Source: Candidatus Gilichinskyi gelida (GTDB taxonomy: Bacteria; Acidobacteriota; Thermoanaerobaculia; Gp7-AA8). Taken from it: DNA of 64,000 nucleotides. Both the position numbers and the translations under genes were made by a program. The DNA lies in NCBI GenBank assembly GCA_038040385.1, contig JBBPII010000021.1:36614-100613 (forward strand), given 5' to 3'. Every line of letters starts with the position of its first letter. Position 1 is the first letter of the stretch. Positions 38,101 through 48,058 of the stretch are shown here, piece by piece. The notes below the pieces were generated by a model that ran no database searches, had not been told where the DNA came from, and saw only the letters and a program-made list of their open reading frames with translations.

Positions 38101-39431
38101 GATCCCGCCCCCGCTCCCTCCTCCACCCCTTCCACTGCCGGCGCCTGGGCCTGCACGATCACCCAGCGCACGCGGAAGCGCTCCGCCTCGATGACTTCGA
38201 TCGACAGGTCGCCGAGCAGCACGCGGTCGCCGGGGCTGACCTCCCTTCCCAGCCGCGCCGCGACGTAGCCGCCGACGGTCTCCTCGGCCGGCTCGCCGAC
38301 GTCGACCTTCAGCCGGTCGGCGAGGTCCTCGATGAGGTAGTCGCCGCGCACGCGGTACCGGCCGTTGCCGAGTGGCTCGATCTCCGGCCGCTCGCGGTCG
38401 AACTCGTCCTGAATCTGCCCGAACAGCTCCTCGGTAATGTTCTCCAGCGACACGATGCCGGACGCGCCGCCATACTCGTCGAGCACCACCGCCATGTGCG
38501 TCTTCTGCTCGATGAACTGCGAGAGCACGCCCTCGACGGTGGAGTTCTCCGGCACGAACAGGACGTCGCGCTTCAGCTCCGTCAACGACCGGCCCGGCCC
38601 GCGAAGCTGCGCGAGCAGCAGGTCCTTGACGTGGATGAGGCCGACGGTGCGATCCAGAGTCCCCTCGCAGAGCGGGTAACGCGTATGCCGCGTGGTGCGG
38701 ATGATCTCCAGGTTCTCTTCGATCGACTTGGTGGTCGATAGAACCGCCACGTCGGTGCGCGGCACCATGATCTGCCGCGCGGTGCGCTTCGAGAACTCGA
38801 AGACGCCTTCGATGATCTCGCGGTTTTCCTCGGAAAGGATGCCCGCCTTCTCGGAGTGCGCGAGGATGGCGCGCAGCTCGTCCGTCGACTGCACGACGTT
38901 CCCCTCTCCGCCCGGCCGCACGCCGAAAATGCGCAGCGCGCCGTTGGTCAGCTTCGTCAGCATCCAGTTGACCGGGAAGGTGACGACGTAGAAGGCCTGC
39001 AGAAGATGCGAGGTCCACAACGAGATGGCCACCGGCTTCTCGATGGCCAGGAACTTCGGCACCTGCTCGCCCAGGATGATGTGCAACGCGGAGATGACGA
39101 TGAAGGCGACGGTGGCGGCGATGGAGTGCGCGAGCGGCTCGGCAAAAATGCCGAGACCGCGAAAGAGCGGCAGGAGCAGCCATGAGAAGGCGGGAGCGCC
39201 GACCCATCCGAGGGCCAGGGAGGCGAAGGTGATCCCCACTTGCGCGGCGGAGAGGTAGGCGTCGAGGCGCTTGAGAATCCGGCGCGCCATGCGCGCGCGC
39301 TTGCTTCCCTTCGCCGCCAGCTCCGCGATCTGCGTCGGACGGATCTTGACGATCGCGAATTCCGCGGCGACGAAAAACCCGTTCGCCAAAACGAACAGGA
39401 AAGCGAGAAGCAGATACCAGCCGGGCATCAT
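38097..39431 (-). CDS. CNNM/HlyC-family transporter-associated protein (DUF21-CBS pair-CorC_HlyC)
   Basis: LLAFLFVLANGFFVAAEFA (DUF21)...MVPRTDV...CBS pair...CorC C-terminal ...RVRGDYLIEDL. Confidence 0.85.
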   Translation of the reverse strand: MMPGWYLLLAFLFVLANGFFVAAEFAIVKIRPTQIAELAAKGSKRARMARRILKRLDAYLSAAQVGITFASLALGWVGAPAFSWLLLPLFRGLGIFAEPLAHSIAATVAFIVISALHIILGEQVPKFLAIEKPVAISLWTSHLLQAFYVVTFPVNWMLTKLTNGALRIFGVRPGGEGNVVQSTDELRAILAHSEKAGILSEENREIIEGVFEFSKRTARQIMVPRTDVAVLSTTKSIEENLEIIRTTRHTRYPLCEGTLDRTVGLIHVKDLLLAQLRGPGRSLTELKRDVLFVPENSTVEGVLSQFIEQKTHMAVVLDEYGGASGIVSLENITEELFGQIQDEFDRERPEIEPLGNGRYRVRGDYLIEDLADRLKVDVGEPAEETVGGYVAARLGREVSPGDRVLLGDLSIEVIEAERFRVRWVIVQAQAPAVEGVEEGAGAGS

Positions 39432-39496
39432 TACCGCGCGCGCCCGGCCGTGCGACTAGGTCCGTCGTCCATGGTGAGGCGGTATTCTAGCAATCC

Positions 39497-40219
39497 GTGC
39501 GTTTCCTTCTGGCGGCGGTTCTTCTCGCAACTTCCGTGCAGGCGGAACAGATCGACGTCGCCGCGGCCGCCAGCCTCCAGGACGTTTTGCGGGCCATCGC
39601 GCCTCTCTACGAAGCGAAGACGCACGACAAGGTTGTTTACAATTTTGGTGCTTCGAACGCCCTGGCCAGGCAGATCCGGGCCGGCGCGCCCGCGGACGTC
39701 TTCTTCTCCGCCGACGAGGCGACGATGCATTCGGTCTCCACCGAGCCGCCCCACGTCATCCTCACCAACCGCCTGAAGATCCTCGGAAACCTCCGCACCG
39801 CACGCCGCGTAGCCATCGCCAATCCGAACGCGGTGCCCGCGGGGGTCTACGCGCGCCAGTACCTCGAGCGCGTCGGGCTTTGGCGGGAGGTCGCGCCGAA
39901 GGTGATCCCGGCGGAGAACGTCCGCGCCGCGCTGGCCGCGTTCGAAGGGGGGAACGTCGACGCCGCGATCGTCTACGCCACGGACACTTCTCGGCCCGGC
40001 ATCATCGTCACCGGCGCAAACGCCCCCGACATCCGCTACCCCGCCGCCGTGGTCCGCGACGCCCGCCACCCCGCTGCCGCGCGGCGGTTCGTGCAGTTCC
40101 TGCGCTCCCCCGAAGCGATGGCGGTGTTCAAGCGGTTTGGCTTTCTGCCACCACTTCCTCCAACGTCTTCCAAAACCTCGGGTACGACTTCGACACCACC
40201 CGCTCGTCCGCGATGGTGA
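39497..40219 (+). CDS. modA: molybdate-binding periplasmic protein ModA-like (orphan, no modBC)
   Basis: Signal peptide MRFLLAAVLLATSVQA. IDVAAAASL...NFGASNALARQI..GAPADVFFSAD. The 3' ~90 nt overlap aroA convergently. Confidence 0.65.
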   Translation: MRFLLAAVLLATSVQAEQIDVAAAASLQDVLRAIAPLYEAKTHDKVVYNFGASNALARQIRAGAPADVFFSADEATMHSVSTEPPHVILTNRLKILGNLRTARRVAIANPNAVPAGVYARQYLERVGLWREVAPKVIPAENVRAALAAFEGGNVDAAIVYATDTSRPGIIVTGANAPDIRYPAAVVRDARHPAAARRFVQFLRSPEAMAVFKRFGFLPPLPPTSSKTSGTTSTPPARPRW

Positions 40220-41396
40220 CGCCGCCGCGCGCCAGGCCGGCGACGGCGAAGGCCATGGCGATGCGGTGGTCGTTGTGCGTCTCGATGGTCGCGGGGGCGT
40301 CGCTCCATCCCGGTTGAATCAGCAGCGAGTCGGCGCGCTCCTCGACGGTGGCGCCGAGGCGGCGCAGCTCGGAGGCGACGGTGGCGATGCGGTCGGATTC
40401 TTTGACCCGCAGGTTCGCGACGTTGACGATCTCCACCGGCTCGGACGCCAGCGGCGCGATGGCGGCGAGGGTGGGGACGATGTCCGGCGAGGAGTTGCAG
40501 TCGAATCGGCCGCCGCGCAGCAGCGCGCCGGTGACCGTGATCTCCTCGCCGGCCGAGATCTCGCATCCCATCCGCACCAGCATGTCGAGAAATACCGCAT
40601 CGCCCTGAACCGACGGGTTTGCCAGGCCGCGCACGCGCATCGTTCCGCGCGTCGCTGCGGCGGCGGCGAACCAGTACGACGCGGACGAATAGTCGCCCTC
40701 GACGCGGTACTCCTCGCGGCGCAGCCGCGCCGCGCGCACCCGCACCACGCTGCCGCGCCGCTCCACCTGCGCGCCGAACGCGCCGAGGATGTCGGCGGTG
40801 ATATCGAGGTAGGAGGCGGAGGCGAGGGAGGTGAGGCGCAACGTGATGCCGTCGGGCAGCGTCGCGCCGGCCATCATCAACGATGACGCGAATTGGCTGG
40901 AGGTGTTGGCGGCGATCTCGACGTCGAATCCGCCGCGCATCTTTTTTCCGCGAATGCGCAGCGGCGGATAGCCTTCGCGCTCGACGTACTCCACCTCCGC
41001 GCCGATCGACAACAGGACGTCGACCAGATCGCCGATGGGTCGCTCGTGCATCCGCTGCTCGCCCAGCAGCAGGAACCGCCCCGGCACGAACGACAGCCAG
41101 CCGGTCAAGAATCGCATCGCCGTCCCCGCGTTGCCGACGAAGACCGGAACCTCGTTCGCGGAGATGCTCCTCCGCGGCCCGATGCGCACGCCGTCGCGCA
41201 GCGTGCCGTCGATCTCGAAGCCGATCGTCCGCAGCGCCTCGAGCGCGTAACGGGTGTCGTCCGAGTCGAGGCCGTTGGTGACGGTCGTGACGCCGTCCGC
41301 CATGGCCGAGAGGAGAAGCGCGCGGACGGAATACGACTTCGAGGGCGGCGCCGTGACCGTGGCGTCGAGGGTGCCGACTTTGGGGATGACCTTCAC
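40128..41396 (-). CDS. aroA: 3-phosphoshikimate 1-carboxyvinyltransferase (EPSP synthase)
   Basis: PPSKSYSVRALLLSAMA...VGNAGTAMRFL...DHRIAMAFAVAGL. Confidence 0.9.
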   Translation of the reverse strand: MKVIPKVGTLDATVTAPPSKSYSVRALLLSAMADGVTTVTNGLDSDDTRYALEALRTIGFEIDGTLRDGVRIGPRRSISANEVPVFVGNAGTAMRFLTGWLSFVPGRFLLLGEQRMHERPIGDLVDVLLSIGAEVEYVEREGYPPLRIRGKKMRGGFDVEIAANTSSQFASSLMMAGATLPDGITLRLTSLASASYLDITADILGAFGAQVERRGSVVRVRAARLRREEYRVEGDYSSASYWFAAAAATRGTMRVRGLANPSVQGDAVFLDMLVRMGCEISAGEEITVTGALLRGGRFDCNSSPDIVPTLAAIAPLASEPVEIVNVANLRVKESDRIATVASELRRLGATVEERADSLLIQPGWSDAPATIETHNDHRIAMAFAVAGLARGGVTIADERVVSKSYPRFWKTLEEVVAESQTA

Positions 41397-42157
41397 GCCA
41401 GCTCCAGCCGCAGTCCGTCATACGCCAGCCGTACCCCCTCCGGCAACGTCGCCTCCACCGTCGCGTGTTCAACCTCATGCGTCAGGTGGATGAGCCACGT
41501 GTGTTTCGCGCCGATCTTCTGTGCGCAGGCCACCGCCTCGTCGATGGTGAAGTGCGTGGGATGCCGCGGCGAGACGCGCAGGCCGTCGAGGGCCAGGTGC
41601 TCGACGTCGTGCAGCAGGAGCATAGTCGCGTCGGGGACGCCGTTGGTGTCGGTGATGTAGGCGAAGTTGCCGATGCGAAATCCGAGGATGGTCCAGTCGC
41701 CGTGACGGACGGGAAGGGGGACGATGTCGATGCCGTCGTGGGTGAAGGGGCCGTCGATCTCGTGCAGGTCGAGCTGCGGCTTGCCGCCGCCGATCTGCGA
41801 GTCGGACCAGATGTAGCCGAACGCGCGCCGCACCGCATTCGCCGTGGGCGGGCTGGCGAAGGCGTGGATGGTCTCGCGCTGGCGGAAGTTGAAGGGGCGG
41901 ATGTCGTCGAGTCCCATCAAGTGATCGGCGTGCGAGTGGGTGAAGAGGACGAAGTCCAGCCGCGGGATCGGCTCGCGCAGGAGCTGGAAGCGGAGATCGG
42001 GCGTGGTGTCGATGAGAAAGTACTTCCCGTTGGCCTCGACCTTCACCGACTGCCGCATCCGCTGGTTGCGCGGATCGTCCGAGGTGCAGACGGCGCAGGA
42101 GCAGCCGACGACGGGAACGCCCGTGGAGGTGCCGGTGCCGAGGAAGGTGACGATCAT
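41393..42157 (-). CDS. MBL-fold metallo-hydrolase (PhnP/GPMP-like)
   Basis: LFTHSHADHLMGLDD (HxHxDH). Confidence 0.8.
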   Translation of the reverse strand: MIVTFLGTGTSTGVPVVGCSCAVCTSDDPRNQRMRQSVKVEANGKYFLIDTTPDLRFQLLREPIPRLDFVLFTHSHADHLMGLDDIRPFNFRQRETIHAFASPPTANAVRRAFGYIWSDSQIGGGKPQLDLHEIDGPFTHDGIDIVPLPVRHGDWTILGFRIGNFAYITDTNGVPDATMLLLHDVEHLALDGLRVSPRHPTHFTIDEAVACAQKIGAKHTWLIHLTHEVEHATVEATLPEGVRLAYDGLRLELA

Positions 42158-42176
42158 GGCGGGTGAACTTCGAATT

Positions 42177-42899
42177 TCATATCTCTACGAACGAAAACTC
42201 GCCGGAAGCCGGATCAATCGCCATTGCCTCCCCCGTCTCATACCACGGCGGCAGAATCGTCACCCGCGCCCCCGCCGTGGGCAGCACGAGCTTCTGGTGG
42301 AAGTGCCCGAAGACGATGTCGGTGTAGCCCTCGGCGCCGCGATCGCGTCCGTAGGCCTCGAAGTGCGCCACCGGCAACTGCGACTTGTGCTTGAAGTTCG
42401 AGCGGGCCAGTCGGCGCTCCACGCGTTCGACGAACGAGCGGGCGGCGCGGCGAGGGACGAACTTCAGAGCGAAGCGGGAAGCCGCGTTCTTCGAGGCGAA
42501 GCGCCAGAAGCGGTACGGGTAGTCGTGGTCGTTGATCAGGTCTCCGTGGACGATGAGGTACTTCCGCGGCCCCGCCTCGACGGCGTACTCCAGCGCCACG
42601 TCGGTCACGGCCTTCTCGGCGAACGACCCCTCGAGGAAGAAATCGCGATTCCCTTCGATGTAGTGCACCGCGACGCCGCCATCGCGGAGCTGGCGAAAGC
42701 GGGCGAAGACCTTCTCCACCGAAGGCGTGTAGAACTTCGGATCGGCGATCAGATATTGAAAGAGGTCGCCGTTGAGGTAGAGCGCGCGCGGCTGCAGGGT
42801 GACGAAGCGGTCCAGCCAGGCGAGGATCGGCTTCTCGCTCCCCTCGGCGAGGCCGATGTGCGAATCGCCGATGACGAAGATCTGTCCCGCGGGGATCAC
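42177..42899 (-). CDS. LpxH-family metallophosphoesterase (UDP-2,3-diacylglucosamine hydrolase-like)
   Basis: FVIGDSHIG...YLNGDLF...GNRDFF...VHGDLIN...GHFH (calcineurin-like motifs). Confidence 0.7.
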   Translation of the reverse strand: MIPAGQIFVIGDSHIGLAEGSEKPILAWLDRFVTLQPRALYLNGDLFQYLIADPKFYTPSVEKVFARFRQLRDGGVAVHYIEGNRDFFLEGSFAEKAVTDVALEYAVEAGPRKYLIVHGDLINDHDYPYRFWRFASKNAASRFALKFVPRRAARSFVERVERRLARSNFKHKSQLPVAHFEAYGRDRGAEGYTDIVFGHFHQKLVLPTAGARVTILPPWYETGEAMAIDPASGEFSFVEI

Positions 42900-43297
42900 G
42901 GCGTGTCGAGCTCCTGAAGCACGCGATTGAACTCGTCGTGGGCCTGCGCGCTGAAGGCGCAGAAGACCACGCGCTGCAGCGAGCGCGCGTGCGCCCGGAA
43001 GTCTAGCGCGGCGCGGACCACGACGCGCCCCGCCGCGCCGCCCATCGTCGGCAGGGCCACCGAGGCCACGGCGAGCTCCTCGGCGCGGTGCAGAGCCGCC
43101 CAGATCGCGTCGCTCAGCTTGCGCTCCTCGTCCTCCTCGCCTTGCCGCGGGATGACCGCGGTGATCACGAACTTGCAGAGGACGTTGCCGCCGCTGGTGA
43201 CCGTGGCGGTGCCGACGTCGCCGCCGGAGGAGCGCGGATTGACGATGGCGTCGATCTTGAGCGACGTGATGTCGGCGCGAATCAGCTCTAGTTTCAT
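42896..43297 (-). CDS. short, degenerate macro-domain-like protein
   Basis: The N-terminus MKLELIRADITSLKIDAIVN matches macro/YmdB. The Gly-rich GGGVDGAIH loop is absent and the protein is only 133 aa. Confidence 0.45.
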   Translation of the reverse strand: MKLELIRADITSLKIDAIVNPRSSGGDVGTATVTSGGNVLCKFVITAVIPRQGEEDEERKLSDAIWAALHRAEELAVASVALPTMGGAAGRVVVRAALDFRAHARSLQRVVFCAFSAQAHDEFNRVLQELDTP

Positions 43298-43319
43298 TGC
43301 GGGGTTGCGGGACGAGACC

Positions 43320-44264
43320 TCACAGCGTCGCCTTCAAATTTGCTCTCGGATTCTCGATGTACTGCGCCTCCAGCGTGTCGACGGCGTCCATCGCGTCGGG
43401 CGCAACGCGCTTCGGCACGTGGACGTGCACGCGGTAGTAGTGGTCGCCGTGGCCGCCGCCTTTCTTCTTCACGCCCTTCCCCGAGATGCGAAAGGTCTGA
43501 CCTTCCTGCGTGCCGGCCGGGATTTTCGCCCGTACCGGACCGTGGATGGTGGGCACTTCGACCTCCGCGCCGCGGATTGCTTCGCCGACGGTGACCGGGA
43601 GGTCGATATAGATGTCGTCGCCGCGCCGCTCGAAGAGCGGATGCGGCCGGACGTGAATGAGCACGTTGAGGTCGCCGGCGGGTCCGCCGATCGAGCCCGG
43701 CGCTCCCTTGCCGCGCAGCCGGATGCGCTGCCCGTCCTTGACCCCCTCGGGGATGCGCACTTTGATCGAGGAGCCGTTGATGGTGAGGTCCATCGTCGCG
43801 CCGAGGACCGCGTCGCGGAAGTCGATGGTCAGCTCGGCCTCGAGGTCGGGCCCGCGCTCCGGCCCCGGCTCGTATCCGGCGCCCCCTCCGCCGCCAAAGA
43901 GGTCGGAGAAGATGTCGGTGAAGCCGCCCCCTCCCCCGCCCCCCGTCCGCCGCCCGCCCCGCGCCCGCCCGCCCGCGCGGCCGAACTGCTCGGCGAATTG
44001 CGAGAAGTCGAAGCCGCCGGCGCCGAAGGGACTGCCGCCGCTGAAGGCCTCGCGCCCGAGGCGGTCGTATTGCTCGCGCTTCTCCTTGTCGCTCAGAACC
44101 GCGTAGGCCTCGGAGATCTCCTTGAACTTGTTCTCCGCTTCCTTGTTCCCCTTGTTCTTGTCGGGGTGGTACTTCTTCGCCAGGGTCCGGTAGGCCTTCT
44201 TGAGCTCATCGTCGGTGGCGGTTTTCTTCACGCCGAGGATGTCGTAGTAGTCCTTCGCGGCCAT
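43320..44264 (-). CDS. DnaJ-domain co-chaperone (CbpA-like, no zinc finger)
   Basis: KDYYDILGV...[16 protein letters not shown] (HPD). A G/F-rich region follows, then two beta-sandwich C-terminal domains. Confidence 0.85.
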   Translation of the reverse strand: MAAKDYYDILGVKKTATDDELKKAYRTLAKKYHPDKNKGNKEAENKFKEISEAYAVLSDKEKREQYDRLGREAFSGGSPFGAGGFDFSQFAEQFGRAGGRARGGRRTGGGGGGGFTDIFSDLFGGGGGAGYEPGPERGPDLEAELTIDFRDAVLGATMDLTINGSSIKVRIPEGVKDGQRIRLRGKGAPGSIGGPAGDLNVLIHVRPHPLFERRGDDIYIDLPVTVGEAIRGAEVEVPTIHGPVRAKIPAGTQEGQTFRISGKGVKKKGGGHGDHYYRVHVHVPKRVAPDAMDAVDTLEAQYIENPRANLKATL

Positions 44265-44307
44265 GGGCGGGGATGAGTATAGCGAGCGGCGTAGAATCGG
44301 CTCCGCA

Positions 44308-45576
44308 ATGTACGGTTCCCTCGCGCGGCGCAACGTCCTGACCATGATTCTGGCCGGCGGAATGGGGGAGCGCCTCTATCCGCTGACGCGCGATCGCGCG
44401 AAGCCGGCCGTTCCGTTCGGCGGCCGCTACCGGATCATCGACTTCGTCATCAACAATTTCATCAACTCCGGCTTCTTCAAGATCAAGGTCCTCACCCAGT
44501 TCAAGTCCAACTCCCTGATCGAGCACATCACGCGCACCTGGAGACTGGTGCCGGAGATCGGCCAGTACGTCGACGTGGTGCCGGCGCAGATGCGCAAGGG
44601 TCCCTTCTGGTTCCGCGGCACGGCCGACGCCGTGTTCCAGAATCTCGAGCTGATCTTCGACGAGCGTCCGGACACCGTCTGCGTCTTCGGCGGCGATCAC
44701 ATCTACAAGATGGACGTGAATCAGATGCTGCAGGAGCACCTGGCGACCGACGCCGACCTGACCATCGCCACCATTCCCGTGCCGGTGTCCGAGGCGCGCC
44801 ACTTCGGCGTGGTGGAGATCGATCCCGACTATCGCGTCACCGGCTTCGTGGAGAAGCCGAAGGAGGGGGCGAAGACCATCCCCGACCGGCCGGACATGAT
44901 CCTGGCCTCCATGGGCAACTACATCTTCAAGGCCAGCGTGATGATCGACGTGCTGCAGCGCAACGCCCTGCGCGACGCGGCGCACGACTTCGGCAAGGAG
45001 ATCATCCCCGACATGTACCCGCGCATGCACGTGCACGCGTACGACTTCGCCAAGAACTTCATCCCCGGCGAGGAGACCTACAACCGCGGCTACTGGCGCG
45101 ACGTGGGGACCGTCGACGCGTACTTCGACGCATGCATGGACCTGGTGTCGGTCACGCCGCTGTTCAATCTGTACAACCCGCAGTGGCCGATGGTCTCCGC
45201 ACCGCTGAATCTGCCGCCGGCGAAGTTCGTCTTCGCCGACACCACCACAAAACGCATCGGCCTGGCCACCGACTCACTCGTCTCCGACGGCGTGATCATC
45301 TCCGGCGGGACCATCAACCGCTCGGTGCTCCACCCGCGGGTGCGCATCCACTCGTACACCGACATCGATGAGTCGATCCTCATGGACGGCGTGGAAGTCG
45401 GACGCTCGGTGAAGATCCGCCGCGCCATCATCGACAAAGGCGTCAAGATCCCGTCGCATACCACCATCGGCTACGACTCCGAATTGGACCGCCAGCGGTT
45501 CACCGTCACCGATTCCGGTATCGTGGTCGTCTCCAAGGGGGCTGTGATCGAGGAGCCCGTACCGGTACCCGCATGA
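44308..45576 (+). CDS. glgC: glucose-1-phosphate adenylyltransferase
   Basis: [33 protein letters not shown]...FRGTADAV...C-terminal LbH. Confidence 0.9.
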   Translation: MYGSLARRNVLTMILAGGMGERLYPLTRDRAKPAVPFGGRYRIIDFVINNFINSGFFKIKVLTQFKSNSLIEHITRTWRLVPEIGQYVDVVPAQMRKGPFWFRGTADAVFQNLELIFDERPDTVCVFGGDHIYKMDVNQMLQEHLATDADLTIATIPVPVSEARHFGVVEIDPDYRVTGFVEKPKEGAKTIPDRPDMILASMGNYIFKASVMIDVLQRNALRDAAHDFGKEIIPDMYPRMHVHAYDFAKNFIPGEETYNRGYWRDVGTVDAYFDACMDLVSVTPLFNLYNPQWPMVSAPLNLPPAKFVFADTTTKRIGLATDSLVSDGVIISGGTINRSVLHPRVRIHSYTDIDESILMDGVEVGRSVKIRRAIIDKGVKIPSHTTIGYDSELDRQRFTVTDSGIVVVSKGAVIEEPVPVPA

Positions 45577-46370
45577 CGACCATGACCACAACGACGAAAA
45601 CCCGCGCCGACGGCCGCGCGCCGAACGAAATGCGGCGCGTGACCATCACCCCCAACTTCACCAAACACGCCGAGGGCTCGGTGCTCATCGAGGTCGGCGA
45701 CACGCGGGTGATCTGCACGGCGTCGATCCAGGAGAAGGTGCCTCCCTTCCTCTACCGCACCGGCAAGGGGTGGATCACCGCCGAGTACGGGATGCTCCCG
45801 CGCGCCACGACCGATCGCGTGGAGCGCGAGGCGTCGAAGGGGAAGCAGGGCGGCCGCACCATGGAGATCCAGCGACTCATCGGCCGCTCGCTGCGCGCCG
45901 CGGTGAGCGCGGAAATGCTCGGGGAGCGGACGGTGTGGATCGACTGCGACGTGATTCAGGCCGACGGCGGCACGCGCACCGCCTCCATCACCGGTGCCTT
46001 CGTCGCCCTGGCCCTGGCCCTCGGCCGGAAGTACATCGACGGCAATCTCGCCAGTTGGCCGGTCAACGCCTTCGTCGCCGCGGTGTCGGTGGGCATCATC
46101 GGCGGGGTGCCGATGGTCGACCTCGACTACGCCGAGGATTCGAAGGCGCACGTCGACATGAACGTGGTGGCCACCGACAAGGGGCGCTTCGTCGAGCTGC
46201 AGGGGACGGCCGAAGGGGCGACCTTCAGCGAAGAGGAAATGACCGCCATGATGGCGCTGGCCAAGCAGGGCATCGCCGCGCTGGTGGAAACGCAGCGCCA
46301 GGTGCTGGCGCCGACGATGGCGCGCGTCGACGGCCTGGCGCGCGAGCGGCTCAACCGGAAGTTCCGCTGA
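45573..46370 (+). CDS. rph: ribonuclease PH
   Basis: [41 protein letters not shown]...[18 protein letters not shown]. Confidence 0.9.
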   Translation: MTTMTTTTKTRADGRAPNEMRRVTITPNFTKHAEGSVLIEVGDTRVICTASIQEKVPPFLYRTGKGWITAEYGMLPRATTDRVEREASKGKQGGRTMEIQRLIGRSLRAAVSAEMLGERTVWIDCDVIQADGGTRTASITGAFVALALALGRKYIDGNLASWPVNAFVAAVSVGIIGGVPMVDLDYAEDSKAHVDMNVVATDKGRFVELQGTAEGATFSEEEMTAMMALAKQGIAALVETQRQVLAPTMARVDGLARERLNRKFR

Positions 46371-47991
46371 GCCGCAGCGCCACGATCTCGCCGCGGTGTA
46401 ATCCGAGAAAGCTTCTGAAGGGATAGCGCCCGACGACGGTGTACCCATCGAGCGGGCGAAAGGCGATCGCGTATGCGCGAGGCGGATGGCCGCGCCGCGC
46501 GACGGCGACCGGCGCGTCGGCCAGTTCGTAGAAGCCGAACGCCTCCGCGCCGCCGTCGATCTGCGCCGCCGCCACGCCGCGCGCGCGCAGATCGTGGAAC
46601 GCCGTCCACCGCGCGCGCTGCCAGCGGAAGTACTCCTGCACCGACAGCGTGGAGAAGACGGCGATGGCGATCAGCCCGGCGGCGGCGATTCCCCGCGCCA
46701 GCCGTTTCTGCCACGGCACGATCAGCGGCAGAGCGATCCCCACCGCCCACGCCGAGTCGAGCGAGTAGCGATCGTAGTAGTAGCCGGACGCGAAGAGCGC
46801 GAGAGTGCCCAGCGCCGCGGTGAGGATCGCCAGGCGAAGAGCGATGCTCCCCGCGGCGAAGACGCGGATCAGCGCCCACACCAGCAGCGTCGCCAGAAGG
46901 GCGCTGAGAACGGTGAGGACGATGCGGCCGGCGGTGCCCAGTCCGAACGGATACGGCAGCCCCAAATTGAAGGTGTCGAAGAGAAGCGGCGTGCCGATGC
47001 CGAAGTCGAAGAGGATGTTGCCCGGCAAGATGTCGGAGTAGAGCGACCGCGTGGTGTATGGCACGAAGTAGCCGGCGCGCGCCAGATCGAAGACCCGGAA
47101 GCCGACCACGCCGGCGATGATCGCCAGCGGCACCGCATCACGCATGCGCAGGCGGGCCAGGAGGACGACCAGCGCGGCGCTCAGCGGCAGAAAGAAGAGC
47201 GCGCAGTTCTGCGCGTTGAAGATGACGTAATGATCGAGGACCGAGATCTGCTGGGGAAGCCGGAAGCTCGACTCCTGCCACATCCGGTAGTGCACGGCGA
47301 ACATCTTCGGCGTGCCGCTCAGCCACGCCGGCTTCAGCAGCCACACCATGCCGAACAGCGCGACGAATGCGGCGATCACCGCGGCGAACGACCGCCAGCG
47401 CGGCGGCCGGTACATCAGGAGCAGAAGGAACGGCGCGCCGAGCAGGTAGAGGCCGTTCTGGCGCACGAAACAGGCCACAGCCACCGCCGCGCAGCCGGCG
47501 ACGAGCCACGACATCCGCTCCTCCTGCAGCGCGCGGACGAAGAAGTAGAACGCCACGGCCGAGGCGAACACGAACGGGACGTCGGTCATGTAGGTGCACG
47601 ACGCCCAGAGGAAGATCGGATGAAACAGCAGGGTGAGCGTGGCGAACATCCGCACGCCGCGCGCCGCGCCGGCGCGGGCCAGGGTGCGGTCGACGATCAG
47701 CAGCGTCGCCAACGAGAGCGTCAGCGTCGAGGCGCGCAGCACGTTGAACGACTCGCCGAACACCCACGTCCACGCCGCGCCCCACAAGACCTGCGCGCGC
47801 AGCGAAACGGCGGTGAACTCGGTGAAGTGAAAGTGCCCCGTCCGCGCGAAGTTCAAGGTGGCGATGGCGAAGTCCCAGTCGTCGTGCAGCGGGAAGTCGC
47901 CGCGCGGCGAGACGACGGCGATGGCCGCGGCCCACACGGCGGCGATGAGCGCGAGCTCACGTTTATCCTGATGCCGAGCGGAGCGAGGCAT
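46351..47991 (-). CDS. GT-C-fold membrane glycosyltransferase-like protein (PMT/ArnT/DUF2142-like)
   Basis: About 12 TM segments. The ATG start (cat at 47989-47991) and first ~10 codons lie within repeat A4, overlapping the upstream yfhO stop (ATGA). Confidence 0.5.
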   Translation of the reverse strand: MPRSARHQDKRELALIAAVWAAAIAVVSPRGDFPLHDDWDFAIATLNFARTGHFHFTEFTAVSLRAQVLWGAAWTWVFGESFNVLRASTLTLSLATLLIVDRTLARAGAARGVRMFATLTLLFHPIFLWASCTYMTDVPFVFASAVAFYFFVRALQEERMSWLVAGCAAVAVACFVRQNGLYLLGAPFLLLLMYRPPRWRSFAAVIAAFVALFGMVWLLKPAWLSGTPKMFAVHYRMWQESSFRLPQQISVLDHYVIFNAQNCALFFLPLSAALVVLLARLRMRDAVPLAIIAGVVGFRVFDLARAGYFVPYTTRSLYSDILPGNILFDFGIGTPLLFDTFNLGLPYPFGLGTAGRIVLTVLSALLATLLVWALIRVFAAGSIALRLAILTAALGTLALFASGYYYDRYSLDSAWAVGIALPLIVPWQKRLARGIAAAGLIAIAVFSTLSVQEYFRWQRARWTAFHDLRARGVAAAQIDGGAEAFGFYELADAPVAVARRGHPPRAYAIAFRPLDGYTVVGRYPFRSFLGLHRGEIVALRLSGTSG

Positions 47992-48058
47992 CAGGATCTG
48001 GTGCCCACCTGCGCACGTGGGCGCCAGATGCTCCGGCGCTTCGCGCCGAAGCATAAAC
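47961..48058. repeat. Family A element, copy A4 (TTTATCCTGA subtype)
   Basis: gtttatcctgatgccgagcggagcgaggcatcaggatctg-gtgcccacctgcgcacgtgggcgc-cagatgctccggcgcttcgcgccgaagcataaac. It contains the yfhO-1 stop and the start of the downstream GT-C gene. Confidence 0.75.

Noticed and set aside
44206-45036. 276-aa minus-strand ORF antisense to glgC and 239-aa ORF 49695..50414
   Set aside because: These are antisense to strongly supported genes and have no motifs.
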